NCBI GenBank assembly: GCA_965153455.1
Contig: OZ234493.1
Coordinates: forward strand, 13,506,213-13,570,212
Length of the DNA: 64,000 nucleotides
Direction of reading: 5' to 3'
DNA from: Sphagnum compactum
Lineage: Eukaryota
Position 1 is the stretch's first letter. The number at the start of each line of letters is the position of its first letter. A program made the position numbers and the translations under genes. The notes under the pieces are model-generated. The model did no database searches, was not told the origin of the DNA, and saw nothing but the letters and a program-made list of their open reading frames with translations. Positions 38,587-50,830 of the stretch are shown here, one piece after another.

Positions 38587-39496
38587 TGATGCACCCCCAA
38601 ATTTCTGGATAGATTCAATTGCGAGTCCAAAGGTGAAAACAATGGAAGGACAAGGAGTTGGGCACGCTTCCTGGCTCGTAGCATTTCGGGGGTAGAAGGG
38701 TGTGTTGGAGCTCCGGGATGGGGATTAGAACGAATGATAAACAAATCAATTATTCACATGGATCTGCACAAACGAAACAACAAGTTGATTAGTGCATAGC
38801 TGGAACACTTTTGGTGCACGGACAAACCACGGGTAAACACAAACTCACAAAACTCACCACGGCCCAAACTTGGGGGAAGCCACCACCTTCCCCCTTATAG
38901 TATTCTCTGTGCCTGGCCATGAGGCCAGCACCCAAATGTCATTTTGTCTTAGGACTCCCAAGTTGGAGTCCCCAAATTCCCTAAATTGGGACTTCCGCAA
39001 CTTTGGAGGCCCATAACTTGGTGTGCAGACCTTCAATTGAGGTGAGGTCTGAATCAAAGTTATAGCCCTTGTCAAGAGCTTTTCAACGATATGTGGCACG
39101 CCACCTGCACACAAGGAAATCAGGGCGATTCCTATCTTTTAGTGCTCGGGAATCAAATTGACAATTTGACTCTTGGCCTTTCTTTTGGCCATAACTTATG
39201 ATTTAAATGCCCAAATGGGTCATGCAAACCCATTTTAGAGATCTACGTTCTAAGAGCTTTCCAATGGTATAAGGAACATTTCAATCCAATGAATTTTGAC
39301 CCTTCAATCACCCTCTGAAAATTTGGGAGTCCATTGAACTCGCAAAGTGAGAGCTCACTTGGGAGTGTGGGGGTTCATTCCCTCACACTTTCCTACACTC
39401 CTAGGAGCATGAAATGTGACCCCCGGGCTTCACTCTTGGCCCGCACCTTTGCAAGTCTTTGCCTTGGTCGCAAGCCCAAGGCTAGGGTTGTGAACA
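38587..39496 (-). mobile_element. Solo LTR (~910 bp)
   Basis: TG...CA termini; flanks AGCTT/AACTC are compatible with a decayed 5-bp TSD. Homologous (reverse complement) to the element starting at 63626 (CAACCCTAGCCTTGG...GACCAAGGCAA...GAGTGTGAGGGA.TGAACCC.CACACTCCCAAGTGA). No internal coding region. Confidence 0.75.
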
Positions 39497-39779
39497 AACT
39501 CCCCTTATTGACCTTCAACCTTTCGTGTGAATGTGGAACCCCCATCCAACATTTTTTTAATCCCGAGCTAAATAATTCACAGTAAGACCTTTTCCCCCTT
39601 CCATTCTATTAGCCCACATAATTCCTCATGATTTAATCGCCCAACCTACCCCCATCCTCCCAACACATTTACAACCTCCACCTAAAACCTGTTACCCCAC
39701 CTATGGGCATCAATTTACCCTTTGAAGGTTAACTTTCACTAGCATTTTTGTTAGGCATCCAATTCATCTAAGCCAAACC

Positions 39780-41440
39780 GTACATGACCATTCTGGCCCA
39801 ATACCTTCCCGTACTCTTAACCCGCTTGCATCAACCTGGGCTTGGGTTTCGACATTGAATGTCCTCAAGTTTTTCCATTTTGGCTTTCGTCGTTCTCAAT
39901 TATTCAACCACATCCCTACCACTTTACAATGTGATATACAAGTGGCATTTCGTTTTCCACTAAATAAATTAGCACAAAACCCTTATGATGTGGCAGCTTG
40001 GCATTTGTCTTTCATGTTACCACAATGGTGTCTTATTTTGCCCCCTCAAGGGGGGCCACTAAACATAGGGAAATGTCGATCTGACCCAAACAATTTTTAA
40101 CAAGTGATTAGGAAAACTTGTAGAAGGAATTTTTTTACAAACCCAATCTTTGGCAGCAAGTTGGAACTCAATGCCTCTTACCCAACATGATCTTCCAAAT
40201 CAAAAATGCCTTCTCTGCAGTGTAATCCTTGGATGTGTAGGAGAATAATCTTGAACATCACATGTTCTAACACCATTCCTCTTACACCCACGTCCTTAGC
40301 TCTCATCATTCTACATCATGAATCAAATGGTTTATTCCCAATTTTTTTGGAAAACTACAAACTAGACCAAAACCTTGAATTTTCATTTGACTCCTTCAAG
40401 TTAACATTCCAATGCATGCTAAATTTATCTACAAGTGATTTTTTTGGGACGGTTTTCGAACACCTCCAAAATTGTTTACACCCATAAAACTTTCCAAATG
40501 GATTCCCACAATTGTTTCAACTTTGCTCTCATATTGCTCAAGGTCACATTCCATGTTAAATTACACATATCCTTGGGGTGACCCACCTTTTAACCATGAC
40601 CAAACCCTTAGGTGGAGTTTGTCCCATTGATTTAAAAGAAACATTGCATCAACTCACAAGGCGCACTTTATGCCTTCAATTTTGCAATACATTTGCAACA
40701 CATTTATCCTCACACCAATTTGGAGTAACAACCAAGGGTGGATGTGAAACCGTAATCCATGGCATCAAGTGCACCTTGAACCTTCACCCCAACTAGGTTG
40801 TTTTCTAACTAAACATGGCAAATGCCTTTAATTCAATGTCAAAAGGGGTCATATTTCCAAAACTTCATGTAAAAGGTGGGGACATCATACAACTTATCCC
40901 TTTGTTCATGCATTTTACACATTAAAATCTCCCTTGTTTTATAGTCACAATAACCATGATGGCGATGTCATAATCATCCCATTTGCCATGAGAACTCATC
41001 AAGGTGATATTTTGAGAGGGGCATTATTTACCTTAACTCACTTTAGGGCACTACATTTTATAGTTAACCATTTCCCCTTTTATTTATTTCGATCCATTGC
41101 AAATGACATTCACATCATTGCCCCCCCCCCCCCCCCCTGCCTCCATTGTATTGTCTAGATATGAAAACTTTTAAATTAAACTTTGTGTAATAGGTCTTTC
41201 TATTTGACTTCATAAATATATAGCATGGTCCCCTTTTGGCCTACTATTTGATTTCAACACCCCATCCCAATTTAACCATGAGAAGGAATTAAAGTTTTGG
41301 GGGTTCCATTAAACACTTCATCATTCATATCATCTTTCATCAAGAATACCATGTTAAAAGATGTTCAACATGTTGACCTTCTCCCTAAATGGGTAATGTT
41401 CAAGTAACCTTTGGAATTATAACTCATTATTTCACGCATA
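39780..41440 (+). mobile_element. Decayed RLE-type (CRE-like) non-LTR retrotransposon, reverse transcriptase region
   Basis: KPLGGVCPI, HQFGVTTKGGCE, NMANAFNSM, HQGDILRGALF, IANDIHII (decayed xADD) and KVLGVP. Many stops. Confidence 0.75.
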
Positions 41441-42879
41441 GGAAATCACTCACATATTTGTGTTATTAACTCTTCCACAAACATATCCATTTAATCTAAA
41501 AGTTTGAAGTTGCATCTTCACCTAAAAGAACAACTACTAATCTTTTAATCAAAGGATGCAAGATGGTTCAAAAGTCAAATAGGATTATATTCATGTATAA
41601 CTATGTGATTAAAGAGATGGAATGCTGATGCTAGACATGATTGTTAAATCTCATTAGAATTTGAAACAACAGACAACGATTTTAGAATTGCAAGTTTCAA
41701 TTAATTGATTGTGACAATTAGAAAGGGTAGTCCACAAGGAGGGGTTCACAAAATTCAAATGAGCTTGTAAATGAATTGACATAGAATGGAATAAGTCAAA
41801 GGCATCATACCCATTTCCATCAAACTAGCACACAAGATAATAAATATCCCCAAAATTCATTCACTAACGAGGCTAATGGATAAAATGTAGGAAGGTCTAA
41901 GTTGCACAATTTGTGTGTGTATGCCAATAGGGGGAAATACCACTTAAGGCACACACATGCACACAAGTTTAGATAATTTTATTTTTTTTCAGTTTACAAT
42001 TTTTCAAAATAGACAAATTTTTTTGGATCAAACAAGAACATAATTTTTTTGCATATATCCATCAAAATGACAAAGTATTCATGCCAAAGACATACATGGA
42101 TACCTACATCCTTTTAGAGATAAAAATAACTTTGTTGAGTGAGAGAGAGAGACAAAGAAAGAGAGCACGATAAGCTAGCAATTCCAACATGCAATGGAAC
42201 CCTTTACCATATGGCCAAAGAATGAAACGTGAAAATGTTTTGGAACCCATCATTAATTACCACTAGTATTTGGAAACTGGACTGAATATTGGATTTGGTA
42301 CCACTTGCACAAACTCCCCATTCAAGCATTCCTTTGAAAACAAAAATGGACACAAGAAGCTAAGGTTTGTCAATATCTCATTTCTCACACCTCTACTTTT
42401 TTTTTTACCTCAAGGATGATCAAATGTTCTAAAACAAAATTGCCAAAACACCAGTTTTTCATTCAACTTCATTTTCTTTAACAAGTACATAGTTGCAAAT
42501 ATTGATCTATCCAACAAAAATCAAATGATCAGCCTAGAAAAAAAAAGGGAATTATAACCTGGACAAATTCCATTTCTGCAACAAATTCACAAGAATTGAT
42601 TTAGAGATTGTGAGGTTGGAAGTTTAGTTTGTTTCATTAGCCACTGGTTCGAAGTAACTGGTAAGAATGTAATGCAGATTGCTTGTTGATTTCCTTGTGT
42701 GTTTTGAATTTATGGCACCAATATTTGTCATTGCATGCCATAATTTTTTGTGTGCCATGAGGTTTTTGAAGTCATGAATTCACATGCATTTGTATGTGTA
42801 CTAAACAATCTATTGTTAATTTGTAATCGTGACTACAATGTTAATAATTGTTTTGAGAAAGGTGACACAACTCCTTGAC

Positions 42880-43770
42880 TTTTTAACTACTTACCACATT
42901 AGTTTAGGTTAACATACTTATTACATTTACCTATGTATGTAGGCTACTTAGTAAAAACCTATTTTGTTATATAGGCTATGTCAGGTACTTAAATGAACAT
43001 AAGAATTTTATTACATCCAGTATGTTTAAATATACCTACAATAGGTTACCCTACTAATAGGTTAACCTAAGTAGGCTTACCTAGGTTCCTAGCTTCAAGT
43101 TTTTTGTCAAATCAACCTAGGTAGTCTCATTATAAAATATTTTATCAAGTTTGTACCACTTCAAGTTTGTGCAATTAGATGCAACTATGATGCGACTAAA
43201 TGCAACATAATTATCCTAGGTTTTTTTTAGCCTAAGAATGCCTAAATTAACCTAGGCTAGGTTAGTAAGTAGTATATGTTGATAAACTAGTTCATCTTAA
43301 ATCAACCTAGGGAGGTATAAATGTAGGCTAGGTTGGTAGGTGGTAGGTAAGTTGACCTAGGTCAACCTAGGGTTCCCAAGGTTAATTCAAGGCTAAAAAT
43401 TTTAAGTTTTATAACTTTGTGTTAAATATAATTAGTATAAAAAAATGTGGTAGTGCAATGGATGAGGACTTGAACCCCAAAATGAAAGTGAGGGGTTCAA
43501 GTCCTCACTCTTACAACTTATATATGATACCCAGGCCACTTGGTTTAGGTTAAATAGCCTAGTTTAGGCTTCTTGGGTTAAAAATCTGATGTTTGTTTTT
43601 AATGTAGGCCACCTAGCTTAGGTTGCTTAACATAAGTAGTTAGCCTAGCTAGGTTAAGTTAGGTTGACTTTTGGGTAGGCGAATTAGGCTAAGTTGCCTA
43701 GCTTAGCTAGGATATGTTAAGTTGGCTTTTGGTTACACTAGCTACATGGGGTAAACTAGATTGACTTTTG
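42880..43770. repeat. Array of short palindromic ACCTAGGT / TAGGTTAACCTA / CTAGGCTAGG motifs near the right end of the 12-kb insertion
   Basis: Dozens of CCTAGG, AACCTA and TAGGTT words in both orientations, e.g. TAGGTTAACCTA at 43058-43069 and GTTGACCTAGGTCAAC at 43351-43366. Confidence 0.7.
43446..43517 (+). other. tRNA-derived (SINE-like) A/B-box remnant forming a perfect 16-bp hairpin
   Basis: A-box-like TGGTAGTGCAATGG and B-box GGTTCAAGTCC. TGAGGACTTGAACCCC (43463-43478) pairs with GGGGTTCAAGTCCTCA (43492-43507). Confidence 0.5.
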
Positions 43771-44112
43771 GTCATGTGCAATGATTCAAACATGTTTATA
43801 GATTTTGACACATGTCATCCATCCATCAAGGCGTCTTTTGTAACACTTAACTGAATCAAATAATTAAATTGAGATGGCATGCACTTTATTCATCATACCA
43901 AGGTTAATGATGATATGAAATTTCATTATATAAAAATAATAATTAATCATAGTAGTTTAAATGACTGAGCTTTGCAATTGAACATCCCTTGAGACTAAAT
44001 GGGTGAAACGACATGGGTTTAACAACTCATCAATCACTAGTCACATATGTCCCTTCTAACTAGTATGTACTTGTAAAGGCTAGTTGCACAACCCAAATGT
44101 GTTGTTGTGAAT

Positions 44113-45862
44113 GTAAAATTTATTTTTACAATTCAACGTTCCTAACAATCCCATGAAACACTAGTATGATAGAGGAGGGTGGGAAATGGCAAATTGCTTG
44201 TGTGAACAAGTCTTGAAAAAAAATTGGGTTGTTGTGGCTAATGCAAGTTTCCTTTCTCTCAATGCAAATGAAGTTACTACGGTTTATAATCAATCTTGAA
44301 ATTTTATTCACATGTATGTGATGTAGGCATGGAATCAAGTGCTTATCCTTTTGACACTTCAATGTGTAATAGAAGGTGAAACTGCAAATAATTTCACTCT
44401 TATGATTACTTAATCCCTCATGCAGCAACGAAAATTAACTCAAGAAGAGACAATTGATCTCCTATTTGTTTTAATGCAAAAGGTGCATCTTTTTTTCAAA
44501 GTTGTCGCACTATAGTGATAACCCAATTGAAGGAAAAATATTTTCTTTACATGATGGGGCAACATTACATGGCCCATAGAACAAACTTGGATGTCCAAGC
44601 TTTGTCGAATCTTCCAATGGTGGCTAAGTTGGAAGAGCTTTTACAATCCTTGTCTTCTTACTTTTCTAGCTCCCTTAAGTGAAATTTGGAGTTCACTAAG
44701 CTTGTTAAGATTGTGGAAACAGGAGGGCTCAAAATTCTACAAAATGTGAAAATTCAATGGATATCAATGTTGGAGCCCTTGAAATGTGTGTTAACAGAAT
44801 ATAAAACTCTAATTTTAAAGATGGCACATGACGGTGCTTCAATTGTTCAAGTGAGGTTGAATCTTGACCTCCTTTGTGATGTTCACACATTGTTGGATCT
44901 ATTTTATTTGCTACCATTCTTGAAGGTAGTCAATGCTTTGATCAAATTTGCCCAGGGGAAAGATGTGTTCAATATGTAATGTTGTGGTAGTCGTGAAGAT
45001 TTGTCAAGCTAATTTCTTGATGATGTACTCTAATCTTGCCACCTCCTACAAATGTGAACATTTTTAGTTATTTTGTGATGTGTTTGAAACAATTATTCCA
45101 CCATCACTCATGATTGGGTTATTGGTCTAAACAATGGTTCATAATTTCTTTCTTTTTGGATGGTTCATCATAGTTATTAAGCTCATATTTACAATGTAGT
45201 TACTGGTATTAACCAAACCATCTGCAAAGATAATTTGTTGGCATCCATTGGGCAAGTGAAAGCCCAATGTTCTGTTGCAACTCATATGCTTATGATAGAA
45301 TTGGATTGACATTTTGCAAATTATAAGTTGATGAATGTCTTTAGCATTGTATCCACAGTTCTAGATGGAGCCTGATGTTGATTATGCTTTCTTCTTTATT
45401 TTATGACCATAAAAAAAAATTATTGTGAAACAAAGAAGGTGAGACCTTCACTTTTGTAAGTTGCAAAACCTTTGAATGCCAACATTGTGGATTTGCAGGC
45501 AAGCATATTCAAGCTTATGATGAAATCATAGGCACTGAAGGCTATGGGTGAGCCTTTTGACAAGAATCAAATTATTAAGATGTGGATTATAATCAACATT
45601 AATACTTTGTTAACCAAATGGCTAAGTGAGTTCTTGAAGTTGGCGGAAATTGTTGTGGTGTCAATTTTTGGATCTATGGAAAATGAATGCATTTTTTCAA
45701 TGTTTACTTTCATGAAAAATAAACTACGCAATAGGTTGGGACCTAATTTAAACATAATTGTCTGAATGTTTGCACAAGAGTTTTATACATAAGAAAACCT
45801 CCCTTATCAGGATGCAATCGCAACATGGAAGGATCAAAAAGTGCGAATTAGTCTGCCATTTG
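44113..45862 (+). mobile_element. hAT-superfamily transposase pseudogene, 3' half including dimerisation domain
   Basis: NVPNNPMKH*YDRGGWEMA, NEVTTVYNQS, HYMAHRTNL, KILQNVKIQWISMLEPLK, LSEFLKLAEIVVVSIFGSMENECIFSMFTFMKNKLRNRLGPNL. Confidence 0.8.
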
Positions 45863-46077
45863 AAGGTTCAATATCTTTCTATCCAGTTGTTTATGTTTCC
45901 ATGATTTAAACAAGTTTGGTGAAGATACTTACTTGTTCATAAGTTTTACTAACATTTGGGTGTGGTGGGTGGGACTTTGACTTACAATGGGCAAAGTTTA
46001 ATTTCAAATTAGGGTTCAACTCCCTTTCAAATTCTAAATTTTGGGTGAAAACACACTAAATGTGAACCACTTTTGTT

Positions 46078-46820
46078 CAAAAAAGGTGATGTATAACAAA
46101 TATTTTAATATGTAGTAAGCTAAAATCTTGATGACATCTTTTGGTTATTTTAAACACAAGTAAAAAACTTTAAAATTTACACAACATTTTTGCACTCAAA
46201 GTTCATTTTGAATCAAAATTAATTTTCATCTAACAATTAAGTGGGGAGGATTGGATAAAAATCAATGTACATAGAATATATAACACATAGTTTTTCAATG
46301 GGCATAGGGCTTCATGTTTATGATTCATGAAACATTACTAAACAAAAGAAAATTGAAAAAATAATGTAATGCCCATTTATAAAATCTCCTCCTCTTTGAT
46401 ATGGTATTGGTTTTCCCCCTAAAAAAAGATAATATTATGCATTCATTACTAAACAAATGTAAAAAAAATATTTTTTGAATGGAATTTCATCCACAAACTT
46501 TAAAATTCTAAATTTTCCCAGATTTAATTGATGTTTATCAATAACGTACACCATAAAAAGTTTCACCCAAAAATTCCATCCACAACCCTAGTTTTGAAAT
46601 ATATATTCAAATTTTCAAACTTTGTGACGAATATTACTTTGTCACATATATATTCCATACATTCAAATTCTTCAATGTTTGTTGAAATTTTCAAAATAAT
46701 TGATTAGATGAAATTTAAAGCCAATCAAATATACTTAAAACAATCAAAATAATCCAATATGTGATGGCCATACATTACCAAAAAAATTAATTATAAAAAG
46801 ATTATACGTGTGACTACAAT
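46078..46820 (+). repeat. Dispersed ~740-bp AT-rich repeat, copy 1 (copy 2 at 54184-54912)
   Basis: Shared CAAAAAAGGTGATGT, AATCAAAATTAATTT, CATAGGG.TTCATGTTT, CACAACCCTAGTTTTGAA, CAATGTTTGTTGAA and AAAATAATCCAA. Confidence 0.8.
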
Positions 46821-46950
46821 TTGGGGGGGGGGCTTAATGTGCTTTCACCCTTTTAAGTTTGATTGTTTATGGTTTAGTATAATCTTCAAATTAGTTTAAA
46901 TTTTAGATTTGATTGCCACTTTGAATTTTCTACTATATATATTTTTCTAA

Positions 46951-47105
46951 ATGCCAGTTGCACTTATCTTGAAAACAAAATGGAATTAAATTTTGCCTTA
47001 AGCTTTTTGGTGGGTGCCAATTGCACCTACCTTGGAAAAAAAAACAAGAGCCACATTTTACCATAGAATTTTGTGTTGGTGTCAGTTGCACTTACCTTAA
47101 AAAAA
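46951..47105. repeat. Three ~64-bp tandem units
   Basis: TG(C/T)CA(G/A)TTGCAC(T/C)TA(T/C)CTT(G/A)..AAA recurs near 46951, 47015 and 47079. Confidence 0.7.
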
Positions 47106-50100
47106 GAAAAGCAACCACTTTGTAGCTATTTTGAAAAAATGGAGGTTGCCAAAAATGATCCAACAAGTGGTTTCCTTGTTGGGAAGCCACATGTCCCTTT
47201 GTGAAATTTACATAAAGAGCCATTTAGGCATAATTGAAGGGAATCTTGTTGCCATTCGCACTACTTTTGAAATTCATATAGAAAAACCTTGACACAAGGT
47301 ATCACATAATTGAATTTTTGGAGACCTTCATGTGATCAATTTGCTTGTTTAAATAATACACCTAATGAACAATTTCCCAAACAACTTCTTTTAAATACCC
47401 AACCCACCATGCATAAGGGTCAGTGATGAACTACTTGATCTATACCCAACTTGATTATCACCTAGTACAATTTGAAGGTAAGTTTTTGTAGGTTTAAAAA
47501 ACCCAAAAAAAAATTCATTCCCATGCACACCTCACCTCACAATTGCCAATTGATATCAATCAAAATGGAGTTAAAATTGGAGAAGTGGAGGACATTTGAC
47601 TACCCTGGTGACTAAAGGGTAAGGTTGAAAAGCTAGTGGTTGGGAGTTCAAATCCCAACTAGACCTCCTTCTCTTCATACTAGAAAGTAAATTACATTGG
47701 TGGTTAGGATTAAAGTTGTTGTCATAATATTAAAATAAGAAAAAAAGAATGGAAATTATAACCAAATGAAAATGATTCAAATGTTCTTTAAGAGCCCATG
47801 GAAACAACACATGGAAGGGTATGGATCAATATTTGGTTTTCATCAAAGTAATAGGTATTTGGTCCATAATAGTCTTGTTCAATGTTGCACAATTACTCAC
47901 CTTGACAATTCCAATTTCAATTCCAAGGAACCTATTTGAAACGAAATCTAGGTTGTGAAATTGGGTTCCAACTAGAACCACCATATTGGTTAGGTTTTAG
48001 AATTAGGTGTGACACTGTTGTAGATATGGCTTTTAAATGAGATTTGACAAGGGTTTCAAAGTGGGCTAACCCAAAATCAAACCAAGGTTTAAAAAAACCC
48101 AATTTTAGTTCCATTTTAGGATATAGGTTTCTTTTTCATATTCTTTATTTGTGTTTTGTGTTCTTTGTGTTTGTAGTGCTCAAAACATTTCATAGTTTTC
48201 ATTATTCATATTTGCATTCATGTGTTGTGATGATTATTTGTCATTTGTCTTCACACAACTATTTTGTGGGGGTGGCCTATTTCTTTGTGTGCAAATATGT
48301 TGTTCACTAGCTTTGCATTTTTATTATTTTTATTTTTTGGTCTTCATTGCTTTCTTATTGTACATTTAATTTCATGGTTGTCATTATCTCTTCATGTTCA
48401 TCTTGTTATGGTCATCATTGCTTTCTTCATATTCATCTTATTCAATGTCACCTTTATATTCATCTTGTTATTGGTTTTCATTGCCTTATTCAAGACCCTA
48501 AATATTTTTTAGGGTTTAAAGTTATGGAAGGATTAATGGCTACACTTATTACTTTGAAAGAAGTAATCTATTCCCTAAAGTTTTCATTGAAAATTAATTA
48601 TTGTGTTTCTACTTTTATTTCTAGTGGTGTTGCTAAAGAACATTAACATAAATTCTTTGACCATGGATGTTACATTACAATTTGGGTTTTTTTACATTTT
48701 GTTCATCTATATTATAATTAATCAATGGCCAATTTTTCTTAAACATAGGTTCTTCAGTATTGGGCTTGTTACAAGTTATGGGTTATGATATTGTTTAAAC
48801 TTGTGCATGGCTTGTTGTCCATTTAGTGGATAGTGGGTGAATGGACATGTTTATATGGTAATATTGTAAAAAGTAATGGTCACAATTGAAAGTTCTTTTC
48901 CCTAGGAACCATTAAATTTATCTAATGGGTCCATGTGGAATAATTTTCCATCTATGTGCAAAGAAGACCTACATTAAATAAAAGCATGGAAGACCTAAGA
49001 ATAATTGCAAAAAGGACCCATAAAAAGATACGTTGAATGTGTATATAATAGTTCAATTCAATTAACAAAGTTTGCCAAATGCATGTGTGATATGTTTCTT
49101 TGTATACATGGCAAATTCTATCCTTGTAGTTGCAAATATTACCATTATAGTTGCAAAAACATTTATAATTCATTATTTAATGGATGCAATCAAAATTGGA
49201 TGATGTATTGTCACTTTTCATCTATGTCTTCCACAAAAATTTCACCGGTCATAAGCCATAGTTGCATCCATAACAAAAATATGATTCAAGCCTTCTTATA
49301 GTCGCATATGTGACTATATGGACTTGCAACTACTATGACACATAAGACTAACATATCTATAGTTGCAAAATATGTTGATTTGGACACTAGTTGCATTGTA
49401 GTTGCAATGGACAATACTTTTTCTAATGTATGCCACATTGATTTGGATTTTTTTGTTATCTTGTTTTTTACTTTGGTGGATGTTTAAGGACTTGTTTGAG
49501 AGTTGAATTAGGACTAATTTTAGGGGTTGTTTGAGGGCAAGGGGGGGGGGGGGATGGGATGGGGGTCACACTTGGTGTATAATCAAGAGTGAGTTTTTCA
49601 CACCTTGAAATGTTCACCTCCTTGCTTGATGAAGTCATGGATCATGTTCACCTTTCATTGCTTGATGAAGTTATGGATCACGTCTATAGAAGGGGTTTTT
49701 TTTTTTTTTTTGGAATAATTTTTAAAAATATTTGTTTCCCAAGTTTGTGACATCAAAAATTTGGCAAATTTTTCAAATTTTAGCAAATTTCACACTTGAA
49801 TTAAAATTTTCCCAATTCTTGTGCGCAAGAACCATAAATCTTTGTCCCAAAGAAATTCACTCATGTGAAGATGCAGCAATAATACAAACCCTAGTTACGG
49901 GATCACATCTGTAGCTGCAATAATACAAAGCCCTTCTTTGCCTTTTCTGGCCACCCAAAAGAAGAATTGGTTTTTTGTCTGAAGTGTGAGGAATGAAGGC
50001 AGCAGGTGGATAATGTTGCAAAAAGCAAGCAAGAGTTATGAAAGAAACATCTCTTACAGAACTTAGGTATAGACAGACAATACAAAGTGTTCACAAATGA

Positions 50101-50523
50101 TGCATAGCTAGCCAGCTCCCAGTTATGTCCAAAAGTTTAGAACTGCTTTGCCAACACCATTGGTGGCATATCTGCCACACTCCTTTAATTCTTTCTCAAC
50201 ATGTGCCCAACTTCCGCACAAAGTGTAAAACGTCTGCCAAAGTGTGAAAATGTGTGACAAAATTGTGGCAAAGTGTGTACCTGAGCTACTTGAGCTACTC
50301 GGGGCTTGTATAGCTGTGGATTAACGCACACCAAAAGGGCTTTCCGCATAGCATGGTGGGACCAGGACCAGGACCGAAGCTTTTCCTCATAAATATTATC
50401 TCTTGTATGCATTCAACACCAAAGGAAGGAATCAGCAAACTGTTCTAATTATCCCAATATAACACGACGCCAAGTAAAAATTCTAATTAATAAACTTAAT
50501 TCCCAAATCACACACCCAACTTT

Positions 50524-50830
50524 CCAAGTGAAATTTTCATTAGTTATACAAATTCAAACAACACCTCACCTACCCAAGTGAAATTTTCATTTGTTATACA
50601 ACTTTAAACAACACTTCACCTACCCACGTGAAAATTTCATTAGTTATACAATTTTAAAGGACACCTCACCAACCCAATTGAAATTTTCATCAGTTATACA
50701 ACTTTAAACAACTCCTCACCTACCCAAGTGAAATTTCATTAGAACCTAAAAACTTTTAAGGACACATCACCTAACTCAGCAAATTGTGAGAACTTTTAAA
50801 GGGCACATCACCTACCCAAATGAAATATTA
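50524..50830. repeat. 50-bp minisatellite, four well-conserved units plus two degenerate units
   Basis: Unit CCCAAGTGAAATTTTCATTAGTTATACAACTTTAAACAACACCTCACCTA with exact 50-bp period (50573, 50623, 50673, 50723). Confidence 0.9.

Larger units (their letters stand above)
31957..44109. mobile_element. 12,153-bp TIR-bounded insertion with 3-bp TSD (AAT) carrying an intact SDR gene; possibly a CACTA/CMC-like non-autonomous 'Pack' element
   Basis: Left end CGTAACAACACATCTTGGGTT; right end reverse complement CACAACAACACATTTGGGTT. AAT lies at 31954-31956 and 44110-44112. Excision restores the hAT reading frame. Confidence 0.75.

Noticed and set aside
43446-43517. Functional tRNA gene (also candidates near 47600-47665 and 58736-58824)
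   Set aside because: Only A/B-box-like words are present; no acceptor stem or anticodon arm could be folded.
50524-50830. CRISPR array
   Set aside because: Whole units repeat with no unique spacers, there are no cas genes, and the context is eukaryotic.
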